Positions 40,201 through 53,186 of a DNA stretch of 64,000 nt are shown piece by piece. The stretch lies in NCBI GenBank assembly GCA_044892525.1, contig CM097887.1, positions 60,078,001-60,142,000 on the forward strand, given 5' to 3'. The notes under the pieces are model-generated. The model did not search any database, was not told where the DNA came from, and worked only from the letters and a program-made list of their open reading frames with translations. The position numbers and the translations under genes were made by a program. Position 1 is the first letter of the stretch. Each line of letters starts with the position of its first letter. This DNA is from Schmidtea polychroa. Lineage: Eukaryota.

Positions 40201-43200
40201 TAAAAAAAATTTTTATCAAAGAATACTTTAAGAAAAACTGAAATTTGTTTAAATAATAAAAATAAAAAGAAACAAGTTTTTGAGTATATAATTTATTAAA
40301 TAAAATTTATGGTATTATTTAGTGATTTGAAAACGGATATTAATGTTCTCACGGATGAGAATCCTAATAAACATAAAGTGTGCTTGAATAAAAGTTTAAA
40401 AATTATTTAATTGTTATATAATTCCTTACGTTTTTGGTGCCCTACTTCGCAATATCTATCGGAATACAATGAATTCCCCCGAACCAAATTACTAGCTACC
40501 TAGCCATTCCAGGTTTGGTTAAGCCAACAATATTCGGGCATAAACAGGTCGCATATTATTTCTTAATTAATAAAAGTGTTTGTTGATTACGTTGTCTATT
40601 ATTAATTCTTTTTTAATCATTCGATTTTGTAAACATTGATACGAGGATATTTATTGGTTACATACACGCACCCCAATTGTCCCGCCACAATTTTTACCGG
40701 TGACTCTATCGGGTTCATCAAATCTCTTTTCACATACGACCGTATATTGCACAAATACTCAAATATAAATATCTAAGTATATACCATCAAACTATACAAC
40801 ATAATTGGTGTCAGAAGCAAAGCACACACAACACGACACTCGCATTTGACGATTTTATTCAATCATGAAACCTTTCAGTATAGTTATTATAGAACTATAA
40901 AGTGACACTGTTGGCCGAACACAGTAGGCCATATCCTTCAAATAAACTATTATTTTTTAGCACAACAAGCAATAAAAAACATCAACAAACTAAATAATGG
41001 CAGCAAATCAAACAAACCCAACAAATATTCCACAAATACCCAGCAACTACGAAAATACTCAAACATCGGAAAGCACCAATTATTACTACAACCCAAACAC
41101 CAGAACAGAAAACACATACCATTAATTCAATAATCAATCCAAAAACAAATATCCCCAAATATTTCATAGATGACAACGGAACACCACAAAAAATGGTTAG
41201 AATTCGCGAAACTAACCTTAACGCTATCTGCAGTCAAATCAACAAAATCCCTATGCTCCAACATGCTCCCAAACAACAAATTAAACGAAATCGCCGATCA
41301 AATTGATGAAATATCAAAAGACGACGACCCTTTTACAAAACTGTGTAACATAATGACCAACATAAACAAAATCAACAGAATGCAAATGTTAGAGTCATGC
41401 CTTAACAATACACAGTTAGGGGACAACAAGCCCACAGATTTTCTTCGACAATTAAAACAAAAACTGGAGTATTTAAAACCAAACATAACAAACTCCGGTT
41501 CAAACGAATTGGTGAAGGAATTCTTCATGCGCGCGATGCCACCGAAAATTAGACGCATCGTAGCTGCTAGCAGTAACGCTGATGTCGAAACACTTGCTGG
41601 CATAGGTGACAAAGTTAACGAGGAAATCTACCCTACAATTTGTACTCAAAACTACAACAGAAATGAAACAAACTACAACAACCAGACAAACAACAAAAAT
41701 ACTGAACCGAACGAATTATCAAACAAACTAATAAACACACTAATTAACAAATTCGACGAAATAATTATCGAAAACCGGCAAATAAAAGCAGAACTGGCCG
41801 AAATAAAAGAAAATGCAACAAGCAAAATTGCAATTCAAACCAAGCTACAGACGTATACAATAGAAACAAATACAACACAAGCCAGCCATATGACAATCAC
41901 AACAGACAAAACGACAACCAATCTTCAGACGGAAACAACAGGCAGAACGACAGCCGCAGACAATCCCAAAACAATCACTACAGAAACCGGTCAAACTCCC
42001 CAAACCGATATAACAATTACCGAAACAACAGCCCAGAAAGGGAATCAAGAAACGATTTCCTAAACAAAAACTACTGCTACTTTCATAACAAATTCGGTGA
42101 CAAAGCATACAAATGCGTAAAACTCTGTGACTATTACAAGACAGAGCAAGAAAACTAAATAAGTCACCAATGATAGCACCCACATTAGGTGACAAAAAAC
42201 ACATTTTGGGTTCACACAAATAACACAAAATTTCTAATAGACACCGGTTTGGTGTTCTCATTATTGCCACATCACATGTATAAAAATACTAAAACTACAA
42301 ATAAACCGTTAACAGCAGCCAACGGAACAAGCATCAAACATTCGGACAACAAACACTAAATATGAATATAAACAAAAAGAAATTACAACTGGACATTCAC
42401 AATAGCTGACGTCCAACAAGCAATAAAGAAGCAGATTTCCTAACAAAATACAACCTCCTAGTGGATTGCAAAAACAAACAAATATTAGAAAATACTGATA
42501 CAACAACATCGTAATACATCACGAGCAACAGAGAGAAACCAAAAATTGACATAGGCGTAGTAACCTTAAACAAAAAAAACTAATATAGAAAAAATTACAC
42601 CAAAAACCAACAAAATCCTAGAACAATACAAAGAACTAATGGAACCAGTCCAATTTGACGACAAATCAGAACAAACTGCCAACACGCAATACTGACAAAT
42701 GGAAATCCAGTACATGCAAAAGTAAGACCACTAGATCCCAAAAAAATAGAAATCACAAAAAACATTTTCAACGAACTATTGGAAAACAACATAGTCAGAC
42801 AAATGGTCTTCAGCACTGATGCTAAAACAAAAAGCTAATGGCGAATGGAGAGCTTGTGGTGATTACAGACTACTGAACAAAATAACAGAGCCAGACAGCT
42901 ACTCATTGCCTATAATAAAAGACATAATAAACCGAATAAACGGCGCCAAATATTTTTCAAAAATTGATCTACAAAAACATATCATCAGATCTCCATCAAA
43001 AAAGAAGACGTAAAAAAAAGCAATAACAACACCAATAGGAATGTTCGAGTACAATAGAATGCCTTTCGGTCTACAAAATGCCGCAGCAACTTTCCAACGA
43101 TTGATGGACCAAACAATGAAAAGCAACAAAAACACAATTGCTTACCTGGACGACATTTTAATTACAAGCCCAGATAAAGCAACTCATTTAAAAGACGTAG

Positions 43201-44624
43201 AAAAAGTATTCGAAACGCTGAACAAAGCAAAATTGAAAATAAATGCACAAAAATGTGAATTTATGAAAACAGAAATAAACATCATTGGTCACACACTAAA
43301 CGACAGAGGAACACAACCAATTGAAAACAAAATAAACAGCTTAAAAAATTACAAACTGCCGACAAACACTTTACTGGAGTATCAAGTTATTATGAATTCA
43401 TTATCCAAAACTGTGTTTATTATTTTTTAATAAAAGTCGAAGATATATCGACAAAAGTTGTGCCTCCATATTACAAAGAAGATGGGAAAACCAATGTCGC
43501 CACTTAAGTTGAATGAAGAATAATATTTTGGATACCTGCGAAATTTGTTATTTTTGCAAGAAAAATATAGTAGATAAAGTTATAGATCATGATCATTTTA
43601 TGGGAAAGTATATTGGTCCTGCATTTTAAAAATGTATCTAGAAAAATATATTTAGAAAAATCATAGAATTATTGAATTTATTTTCATAAGTTTTTCATAA
43701 TTTCCGTGGTTATGACTTTGCATCATATTCTCAAATATATGGTATATAAATTGGCTAGCCATTATGTATATGTTATGAATATTAAAAATATATAAAATAT
43801 AAAATAACAATAGAAATAATGAGTAACAATATTAATAATAATAAAAAAGAAAAATAATTAAATTTGTGCAATTAATTAAATAAAATAATTAAATAAAATT
43901 AATTTATTAATTAAATTAAATAACAATAAAATATTTAATTAGTAAAATGTAATAAAAATTAAATAAAGTAATTAATTAATAAAATAAAAAGAATTCAAAT
44001 TAATAAATAATAAAAAATTTCTTTATTAGTATTATTTAATAAGTAGTAAAGGGTACCAAAAAGTGTCTCATTGGTGACACTATTATCTACTTATATTATT
44101 TTTAATATTTTTTAAATTAATGAATTAATTTTAAATAATCCAATAAAATTTATAGTTAGCATAAAAATAATATTTTTAAAATTTTATACAAATGGTATTG
44201 ATATAAAATCTTAAGCAAAAGCAATTTCGTACATGATGTCGCTACATATAATAGAACTCAACATTATTTTAATTGAGAAACCATAATATGTATAATTTTA
44301 ATTAGTCTAAACTTTTCCTAATTGTAATAATTTTTTAAAAGTTAAAAATAGTGAAATTAGACTTCCTACGTATTTCAATTAATTATGAAACCTGTCTTAA
44401 TATTGACGTTACTTTTAGAAAGAATTTCATTCCTGGCGACCGTGTATCTATGAAAAATACGAATTTTCTCTGTGGCGATTGTTCCGGTATTTCATTATAC
44501 CAGGACAAGATAGAGAAAAAAGTTCAGAATGAAACTGCAGCACCAAATCAAAACAACAGGCCAACACTAAATGGAAAGCCACATTCTTATCTTAATCAAG
44601 TGGATTCTTCTAGTCAGATCAAAG
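31259..44624 (+). CDS. ABLIM: Actin-binding LIM protein (abLIM/UNC-115 family), partial; exons 31259-31354, 34541-34724, 44419-44624
   Basis: Spliced frame: GKVTCFHCTRKCKGDVLKVGEKYFHKECFTCK-ICQKKLDDTGFFSKDESFYCPEDY (LIM1); CFSCQEKIIGEVVTALNHTFHKNCFKCSVCQ-KNFIPGDRVSMKNTNFLCGDC (LIM2). Phases 1/1/2/1 are consistent. LIM3, LIM4 and the villin headpiece were not found in the window. Confidence 0.88.
31990..32700 (-). mobile_element. Possible highly decayed hAT transposase C-terminus
   Basis: LSICRKLCSKRIF resembles LSIPAxxxxSERxFS; otherwise heavily disrupted. Confidence 0.25.
33170..33890 (+). mobile_element. gag relic of the same gypsy lineage
   Basis: AMKSFKRSHVNVV parallels KTMKRSHVK in the 56.4-kb gag; decayed coding frame. 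Confidence 0.4.
36298..37230 (+). mobile_element. Ty3/gypsy RNase H-integrase relic
   Basis: KFHLRTNHKAITFM, RKGELHSNADA, ETILIDFC, KKYILAIIDFF, IIERQF. Confidence 0.75.
39474..40150 (+). mobile_element. Polinton/Maverick protein-primed DNA polymerase B relic, 5' part
   Basis: MKVYDIPKFDKENSVLAINVLTY matches the recalled pPolB motif FPVxxxDIPKFEKQNxISINV; sequence beyond 39698 is decayed. Confidence 0.6.
40344..40801 (+). repeat. 5' LTR (458 bp)
   Basis: TGTT...AACA termini, internal AATAAA, immediately followed by the PBS; no second LTR to confirm the ends. Confidence 0.7.
40806..40817 (+). promoter_or_regulatory. Primer-binding site complementary to a tRNA-Leu 3' end
   Basis: TGGTGTCAGAAG, 4 nt after the LTR-terminal CA. 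Confidence 0.8.
43430..43745 (+). mobile_element. Polinton/Maverick pPolB relic, 3' part (endonuclease-VII-like zinc motif and ExoI)
   Basis: KPMSPLKLNEE, CYFCKKNIVDKVIDHDHFMGKYIGPA, FHNFRGYD. Confidence 0.75.
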
Positions 44625-47600
44625 GTAATTTTTTTGTACTCTAAAAGCTTTAAATAGATAAAAAAACAACCGCTGTCAAAGTTAAAATAAAAATAATATT
44701 TAAAGTTTTTATTTGTTGGTGTTGTTATAGAAATAAAATGAAGAGTATGTATTAAATATTTAATATTGTATATATTTTTTGCATATAAACTGATATTGAG
44801 TCAACATTGTCAGATATTCTCTTTACTAAAACGCAATCTCTTCTAGTTATAAGTTGACAGTAAATATAGGATAACTTTCTGATTTATATTCCTGCTTCCT
44901 TAAAGAGACTTATTCATAAAAATATTTTCTTTTATTATATATCAGCAGATGAGATACATGAATAATATATCGAGAAGATTCAATTTTCTTACAGCTAATG
45001 TTAATTTTATCAGATTTAATAAATTACTAATATTTTAATTATTTTTATTCATTTTCCTCAGTTGATAAATATTAAGAAATTTTAAAGTTTTATGCTTATT
45101 AAATAAAATTTTACCATGAATCTGGATTTTGGATTTTTATTTTAATTTTAGGAAATTGAAATATATTTTCAATCACATATATTTTCAATCGCAAAACTAA
45201 ACTAGAATATAACCCAGCACTAATAACACAATATTTGTATGCAATGTCAAGAGATGGTTGCGCATATAATGATATATTTAGAATTTATTTTGATAAAAAT
45301 ACACCTAATATTTAGGTTCTAATTCAAAACATCAGCAAAATCCTTTATATTTTTGTTCACCTTTGATTTGTTATTTTTTGATATTTCATTTATTTTTATT
45401 ATGGTTATAAATCGAAAATTAATTTTCCTACGTAACAGTTTTTTTGTATCATAATGAAATTTTATGAAATAATTCAATAACAGCCTAATGACATTGTTAG
45501 CATTAATCTTACTATTGACAATGAGTAAAATACGATTTAAAAATTTTTAGCTTTAGTGTTTTTAAAAATTTATGATAGAATGTTATTATCTTTTGAAAAA
45601 ATACTATATTTGCATGTACTATCTACTAATTGAAACGAAATGTGGTTTAAAGTCACAACCTACTATTAAAAAGGTTAAATGAATTGAGTGATTAAATTAT
45701 TAAATTAAAATAAAAAATTATAAAATTTAATATTTTTTTTAAATTAAAATTTTTAATTTTGTACACCAAAACCTCAGTTTATGTCGTTCCGATTAAGTCA
45801 AAAATGGTCTTTTTAAAACGAAATATACTCAGATTATATATAAATGATATGAAAATACTTTTTTATACTGATTTTAATAAACTAACGTACATAATACTAA
45901 TTTAGGAAAGCAATATAATTGCCATATTTCTGAAATTGAAAACTCTATATTTACTATATTTATACTAAATCTTAAAACGCAATATTTCTTTAAAATAAAT
46001 TTTATGTTTTTAAAATTTAAAGACTAGAATCTAGTCACTAGATCACTACATTAGTTATTTTGAAAATCAATGTTTTTTCAACGAGGTTATTTGTATGTAA
46101 AGAAGAGGAAAGACATTACTTTTTATAAACGTGGTAGTTGGTGCGTTAACGTATTGCATTTCAGAAAATATTAGTTTTGCTTTGCATTTCAGAAATATTT
46201 GTTTCTGACAATTTTTGATCAATAGTCTAAACAAAAAATGAATATGAAGGAATCTAATAGCATGTATTTCCGTGACACTTTTCTTGAGAAATCAGTAACA
46301 GGTCATAGAATTTCTGAATTTAACATTTTTACTGGTATTGATGTAATTTGTTCAAAAAAATCTTCTAAATTGAAATTAAAATTTTTTAAGAAACAAATAA
46401 TAAAAAATTATTGTAAATTTTAGATTTAAAAATTGGTTGTTTTAATCACTTAAAATTTATTGACGACTGGGGGAAAGAAATTTTCCCAATAAAATCCAGT
46501 GACTTCAAAAAGTGTTTACTTTTTTTCTCATCAGTTTTTGTTAAAAAGTTTCTCATCTCGGTTATTAATAAATCATTATAAATTATCAACTTTTGCCAAA
46601 AGACTTTTCAGCAAAATTAGAAGTTGAAAACTTACAACTAATTTTTTGAGGCAAGAGGAAACAGTAAGTCGACCACTTTTGATTTTGTCAAAGAATAACC
46701 TGAGAATTCTGTAAATTAAGAGGAAATTATAATTCAAAAGAGCAACATTCAAAGCAATTTTATGATTTCAAAACCATTTAACTTCATTTCTTTTTGTTTA
46801 TCTGTGCTGTTTTTTGTACTAAATAAATTTAAAGTATTCACAGTTCTTTTATTTTATCATGATTTAGAGTTTACCTAAATCACATATGAATCCATGAAGA
46901 TTTGTTTCAGATTAGTTAAGATATTAATCATAAAGATAAATGTTAATTAATTATTTATTTATTTATTATTTATCTACAAAAACAAACTTATTTATCTTAT
47001 TAAACGTTTTTTCAATTATAAAAATAAAGACCTTTAAAACACTGGGGTTTTATTCGTATACGAGACCAGCAATTCTGTTTTGTAGTTGTTTTCTTGTTGA
47101 GTTTTCCAATCTTTGAAATATTATCCTTTTTTTGCTATGGTTTGTTTTTATTGTTTATTGATAGTGAAAGGGTAGAATTCACGTTTAAGTTAAAACTGGA
47201 TATTGCTAATAAACATTTAAATTGTATATATCAGATTACATAGATTTTTATATAAATATTTAAATTAATAAATTAAAGTAAGTTTAAAATATAAAAATAA
47301 CTAAAAATATATTAAATATTAAAATAAATTAAACCAGCATTGAAATCAGCATCAAAATTAAAATAATAAAAAAGCCTCGAACAGATTGTTTGAATATTAC
47401 AAAAAAGCGCAGTTTTGTGAATAAAATAAATTTAGTAATTTTATTTGTTTAATTTATTAATTATGGAGATTGAGAATGAATTTGACGTTGTTGCGGCTAA
47501 CAGATAGTTTATTAATTTTTTCAAATTTTAATTTCTAGTATTGCCATATTCCATATAATAAGAAGGTAATAACTAAAAAATTCATAACACACTCCCATAA

Positions 47601-47639
47601 CGAAATATCATTATAATTACTAAATTTAAACCGCATATT

Positions 47640-48560
47640 ATTTATATAAATAACAAAAATAAGAATATCACATATAACACAGTTTCCTTCTTGCGTATTG
47701 CCAATGTATTTCGTCTTTGACACTTCTCACAGCCTTGAACAACCTTTTTTATCTGCTCTCTTTTAAGTCAAATGTCTGTAAAACATAATCCTGGACTTTC
47801 TTTACACCTGCATGACATAGAGTTTAGTGGGTATACTCTATAAATTTTCTTATTTTTCCTTTGGTATCTATTTTTTATTTTTGTTTGTCTTAACAACATT
47901 ATTATAAATTTTAAACCTAGTCTCTTCTCATTTTTATATCTTTTCTCTCGTGTCATTAATTTATAATGAGTCTTTATATAAATCATTTCCTATCATTAAA
48001 GATGAAATTCGTGTCTTTTATCTGCTCTTTGGTTCTTCATGTATCCTTTGACATTGTATGCATGTATTGCATTCATTCGTGATAAAGATTCGGTAATGTT
48101 ATGAAATTCACTTTTCTGGTAACATAATTTCATTTCTAGATTACTGGGGTGATTAATCCACGTCTGAAATTGTGGTCTAGTTGCCGTTTTGGTTTTGAGC
48201 ATAATTATGATCTGTTAATAATTGAAAACGGTTTTTGTCCAAACTAATTTTGTTTGATTGCTGCCACATAACTTTTTAAAATATTTTATAAATGTCATTA
48301 ATCCATCGATAATAATTTGTGAGTCCTAAAAAGTCTTCCGTCTTTTTAAACACTTTTGTCTTTCGAATAGTTTAATGGTATTGCTTTTACTATCATTTAT
48401 TCTTATATCTTCCGTGTTTATAATCTGACCTAAAAATTTTATTTCTCTTTTAAGAAAATGCCATATTTCTCTGCTTAACTTTAATTCCGAATCTTTTATT
48501 CTTTCCAATACATTTCTAACTTTTTGATGAGGTACCAATCATTATTAATACTGCATAATT
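47640..48560 (-). mobile_element. Ty3/gypsy RT-RH-INT relic with internal deletions
   Basis: KREIKFLGQII, PQFQTWIN, ECNTCIQCQRIHEE, CEKCQRRN. Confidence 0.75.
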
Positions 48561-50804
48561 GTTATTAGTAATACCATGGTTGAGTTAAAGGACAATGTCG
48601 TTAATATCATTATTCCATAATATTATTTTGGTTAATTTTTATTTTTAATTTTAGTTATTATAGTTAATTTTTTTATAAATACAATGCCAATTGAAAAGAA
48701 TTCAAAGGTGAAAATCGAAAGTTCTTATAATATTGATATCATTATTTATGATAATTATTGATATTATTATAAAGTGATAATACATTATTTGCAGCAAAAG
48801 GCTTAAATTATCACTTTATTGATAATACAATAATTGTTTAAATTTAATGTAAAAATAATTATAAATAAAGACCAAGAAAGGAAAGACCAAATTTGAAATC
48901 ATTATATTTAAAAATTTCTTTTTTTTTCTTACTAACCATGTTATTTTTACTGGGCTTGAATAGTAGATGTTTTCCTAAACTTAATAACAAATTAACTAAA
49001 TTACAAGACAAAATTTTGAATTAAACAGCATACAATTTATAAATTGAATTAACATCAAGCAAATTTTATTCGAAGCCTTCACAAGATTCTAATGTTAGCA
49101 ATTAATGGGGAAAGCGATGTCAGCAAGTCGATGGGTTGGAGGCCAAAATCGTTTGAAATTAAATTTAAACAAAATAACTAACCGTAAAAACATAGTTTTT
49201 AAAATTCTGTCTGTATCTCATTCTTTTACATTCTCTCAAAATTAAAATTTCAACTTGCGTGCTCATAAAATATTTAATATTACGAAAAATCACCTAGTTA
49301 AGAACTTACTTTGAAAGGAACATTTTATTAATATTTTGAAAAAATGAAATTTTGAAAATATTAATAAAATTGAAAATTTTCAAAAAAGTTAATTATGGTA
49401 CCTTCGATTGATCTGAAATTTTGAAAGAATGCATTACTCTCGACGACAAATGTATCTGACAAATTTCAGCTCGATCAGACCATAGGAAGCAGTTTAATTT
49501 GTCGTCGCAAGATTTGCGTGGCTTATACAAACATTCACACATACATACAAAGTGAAGTTAATATTGAGTTTAAAAATTGAAGTTAAATTTAAGATTTTCA
49601 AAAAATTTCAACTCACTTAGATAAATTTCGACGTTAACAAATTTTAAATTAGCGATTTCAAGCAAACAAAATTTTTATCTGGATTAATGCTTCTAAATTA
49701 ACCTAAAGATAATTTTTCTTTTAAAAATTTAAGTTGACAAAAATAAATTTATCGAGGAAGTTATGGTTTCATTCGACTTCGGAAAAATTGAGTTACAAAA
49801 GTTTTCAAGAGTCTATTAAGGACCCATTAGATGATAGGTTTTCGACCTGGGGTTCGCGAAGGCATAATTTTTTACAAATAAAATTATAAATAAATTTATA
49901 TAAAATTCTATCTTAATTTAGCGTGAAAATTTCTATTTGTTGAAAGTAGGAAATTTTTCATTTATTTGACGAACAGTCACAATGACAATCAGTCACTTTT
50001 GGGTCAAACAGTGCTCTTTATCTTTATGCCTCTCCCATTCACAAACATTTTTATAGTTTGCTGTCTATTAACTCCTTAATCAAGTGTTTGCGAAATTTGT
50101 TTAGTGGTTACACCCAAGCTGCCCAGCAACAGTGTCTATTCTGTCAGGTATAGTTTAATTAAAAGCGAGTTTTTATTGATGTTTCAACGTATCATTGACC
50201 TTGGTCTTGTAACATGCACAGCTATAGATTTAGGTCAGTAACCACAACTTCACAAAATTAAAATTCCACTAATAAAGTGATCCAATTAAAATTTGTTAAG
50301 ATTTCATCCCAACTGGTATGAAACGCCTTGTTTTAATAAAAGAAAAAACATCCATTGTATTCTATTTCCTAAATGATATTTTGTTGACAATATTCCCTTT
50401 TGAGAATAAGCACACATATCAACTTTACTCGATTCGTTATTAATATCGTTTTGGATGAGTAAACATCTTTAGAACAACAATTTTCCACTTGTATAATTTT
50501 CTCATCTGTTTTGCAACTACACAATTATAATTTCAGAATAATATTATCAAAATAAAAATTTTATTAACACTAGATTTACGGACTGAGCCTATTTTACTCA
50601 TTTAAAATTCTATTGCTACATATATATAATACTGATTTATTATTTTTTGAATAAATATGTCGGTTTTTAGATACGTCACGAAACATAGGTAAATATTAAT
50701 TACTCTCCTCTACCGACTCCCACATTTCGAATATCGAATTAGGTATACCTATTTTTACTATAAAACATTTTTATTATAAAACCGAATAATTATTCTCAGC
50801 AGTT

Positions 50805-51185
50805 TATTTTTAATTTTGATGAGACCGGTCTTTTTTGGAAGAAAATGCCATCATAAACATTCATCTCTAAAGAAGAAAAATCCGCACCAGGTTTTTAAGC
50901 CGCGAAAGATCGTTTAACCATTAATATTAAGTGAAAGTTCAACTGGGGATTTCAGTATGACCATTCATTTACCATTCTGAAAATCCTAGGGCAATGAAAA
51001 GGATATCTAAACAATCAATGCCTTTGATCTGGATGGCAAACCTAAAAGCATGAGTGACTGCAATTTTATTTAAAAAATGGTAAAATCGTAATGTGATCGT
51101 AATGTAAATCCTCATGTAAAATCGTATTGCGAAAATTGGATTAGAGAAAAAAGCATTGGTGATTTTCGATAATACTCCTGGACAC
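50805..51185 (+). mobile_element. Tigger/pogo DDE_1 transposase core relic
   Basis: NFDETGLFWKKMP, KSAPGF*AAKDRLT, YHSENPRAMK, KALVIFDNTPGH. Confidence 0.85.
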
Positions 51186-51894
51186 AGTTGTGGTTTGGTC
51201 CTCCTTGGCTGATGAGAAATCATCATTGGAAGGACTAGAGATAACTGCAGTTGCAGCTAACAACATTAAATATTCGTGGGAATTAGTTCGAGATAGACGA
51301 GTGGCATTTTCATTACTTTGATAATTATTACTGAGATCTGACTGAATAAATATTGGAGTATTATTGTCCACAAGTTCGTTTGGTTCATTTTTTCATCAGC
51401 CAATTCGATTGAACTTTTACAGATCTATTCTAATAATATAACGTTTACTGCTTTATTTCCATCGCAAGTTTTTTTTGTCTGGAGAAGTTTCTTTAATGAT
51501 GAAACAGACGCACAATGAGACCAATAATACGACAATAAAAAATATCTTTAATCTTAGACCGATAATTAAATGAATTATATTATTGTTGCTAATTTGCAAA
51601 TGTTGCATCGGCGCACGATTGTAAAATTCGACAATTCCCACTAGAACCGGATAAAATGCCTGGTTTATGTAACAAACTGTTCACTGTAACAAACAAAANN
51701 NNNNNNNNNNNNNNNNNNNNNNNNNNNNNNNNNNNNNNNNNNNNNNNNNNNNNNNNNNNNNNNNNNNNNNNNNNNNNNNNNNNNNNNNNNNNNNNNNNNN
51801 NNNNNNNNNNNNNNNNNNNNNNNNNNNNNNNNNNNNNNNNNNNNNNNNNNNNNNNNNNNNNNNNNNNNNNNNNNNNNNNNNNNNNNNNNNNNNA

Positions 51895-53179
51895 TTATAC
51901 GTCCCAGGCAAAAATTATAAAAAGCGCCCTATTTTAAAAATTAGGTACAAAAATTATGATAAAATAAAAAAGTTTAACAAAAAACAATCCATTTATTACT
52001 TTATTTCATTTTTTTCGATTGACATATATATAAAAAACAGAATTTATAAGAATGATTTTTTCCTGGCTTTCATGTCTGCAAATTTTTCTATTGCTGCCTC
52101 CAAATTTAGGTTTGCTACAACATTATTTTCAATTGAAATAATGGCCAAATTATTCAACCTATCTTCCGTCATAGTAGATCGCAAATACGTTTTTATTAGT
52201 TTTAATTTACTAAAACTTCTTTCACCACTCGCAACACTAACAGGAATTGTTACGAGGATTCGTAAAGCCACCCACAGATTTGGTACTGTACTTTTCAAAT
52301 TATTATCATTGATAAATTGTAAACATATTAAAGGATCTTTAACATCATCTGGTACCAATTGCTTCAATGATTCGATTTCCTCGCACAATTCTATTCCATT
52401 TATATCACTACTGGCCTCATTTGTTAATTTCAGATGTAAATCTTTGCAACTCTTCAGCAAATCACAACGATTTTTATTATTGTGAATATTGAACAAAAAA
52501 CCCCACGAATCTTCGAAATCTTTCATTTGCTGATATAGATATCAACGATTGATCCAGCATAACATTAAAAACATGATTTTTATAATATTTTTCTGGGTCA
52601 TTTACATCTGGAGTTTCATCGTCACACTCATAACTAAATTGTTTTTGTCGCCTTCTGATTCTTACAGCTTTAAATTGTGCGTTCACGTTTAATAGCGCAG
52701 CGAGATCTTTGGCCGATTTTAAAGCATCAGAAAAACCGGAGTCTCTATAATTTTTATATATTTATATTTTTAAAACAGAATAGGAATACAAATTTAATTT
52801 GAACAAACTGCAACAACACATTAGTTACACACTTGAAACAAAAAAATTGTTAAAAAAAACTGGTAGCTATAGCTGTTAATTTAACTCGCACATCAGTTTT
52901 TGTAATACATACATATAATTTTTTTTTATTTCAATTTTCAATACATATCAGAATTTCTCAGAATTGGAAATTCGTATATTTTGCATGTACTCTTTTTTTT
53001 GTTTTTTCTTATTTTCAATTTTTTTTAAAACGGTTGGTTTCATAGATAAATTTCAAAATATAAAGTTTTGGAGGCTTATTTTATAATTTACTTTGATTGT
53101 TTATAATAAATTTTGGCGCCCTCTAAAAAAAGGCGCCCTAGGCTATGGCCTAGGTCGCCTGGCCCATGGGCCGGGCCTG
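51895..53179 (-). mobile_element. Internally deleted hAT element (ZMYM1/TTF-type transposase C-terminus)
   Basis: TIR CAGGCCCGGCCC ending at 53179 with GGCGCCCTAGGC subterminal motifs; similar motif at about 51900-51930; the other TIR probably lies in the N gap. Confidence 0.75.
52044..52750 (-). pseudogene. hAT transposase C-terminal dimerisation domain
   Basis: PNLWVALRILVTIPVSVASGERSFSKLKLIKTYLRSTMTEDRLNNLAIISIE; one frameshift near 52500. Confidence 0.9.
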
Positions 53180-53186
53180 TATATAT

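Larger units (their letters stand above)
40344..43372 (+). mobile_element. CsRn1-like Ty3/gypsy element, 3'-truncated after RT
   Basis: 5' LTR and PBS; gag from ATG 40997 with CYFHNKFGDKAYKCVKLC (CHCC-type) at 42075-42128; protease FLIDTG; RT GEWRACGDYRLLN, RMPFGLQNAAATFQR, AYLDDILI; frameshifted. Confidence 0.9.
10074..51893. other. Assembly gaps: 10074-10236, 23542-23711, 25241-25370, 34186-34460, 51699-51893
   Basis: Runs of N (the span given only brackets the five gaps). Confidence 1.

Noticed and set aside
40806-40817. tRNA-like sequence
   Set aside because: Only 12 nt of complement (the PBS); no cloverleaf, so not a tRNA gene.
41845-42063. Thr-rich mucin-like tail of the 297-aa ORF
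   Set aside because: Out-of-frame reading after a gag frameshift; the other frame carries the CHCC motif.
49380-49570. Possible Helitron-like or SINE-like non-autonomous 3' end (AAATTTCAGCTCGATC...ACATACATACAAAGTGAAGTT)
   Set aside because: Resemblance from memory only; no boundaries or diagnostic hairpin established.
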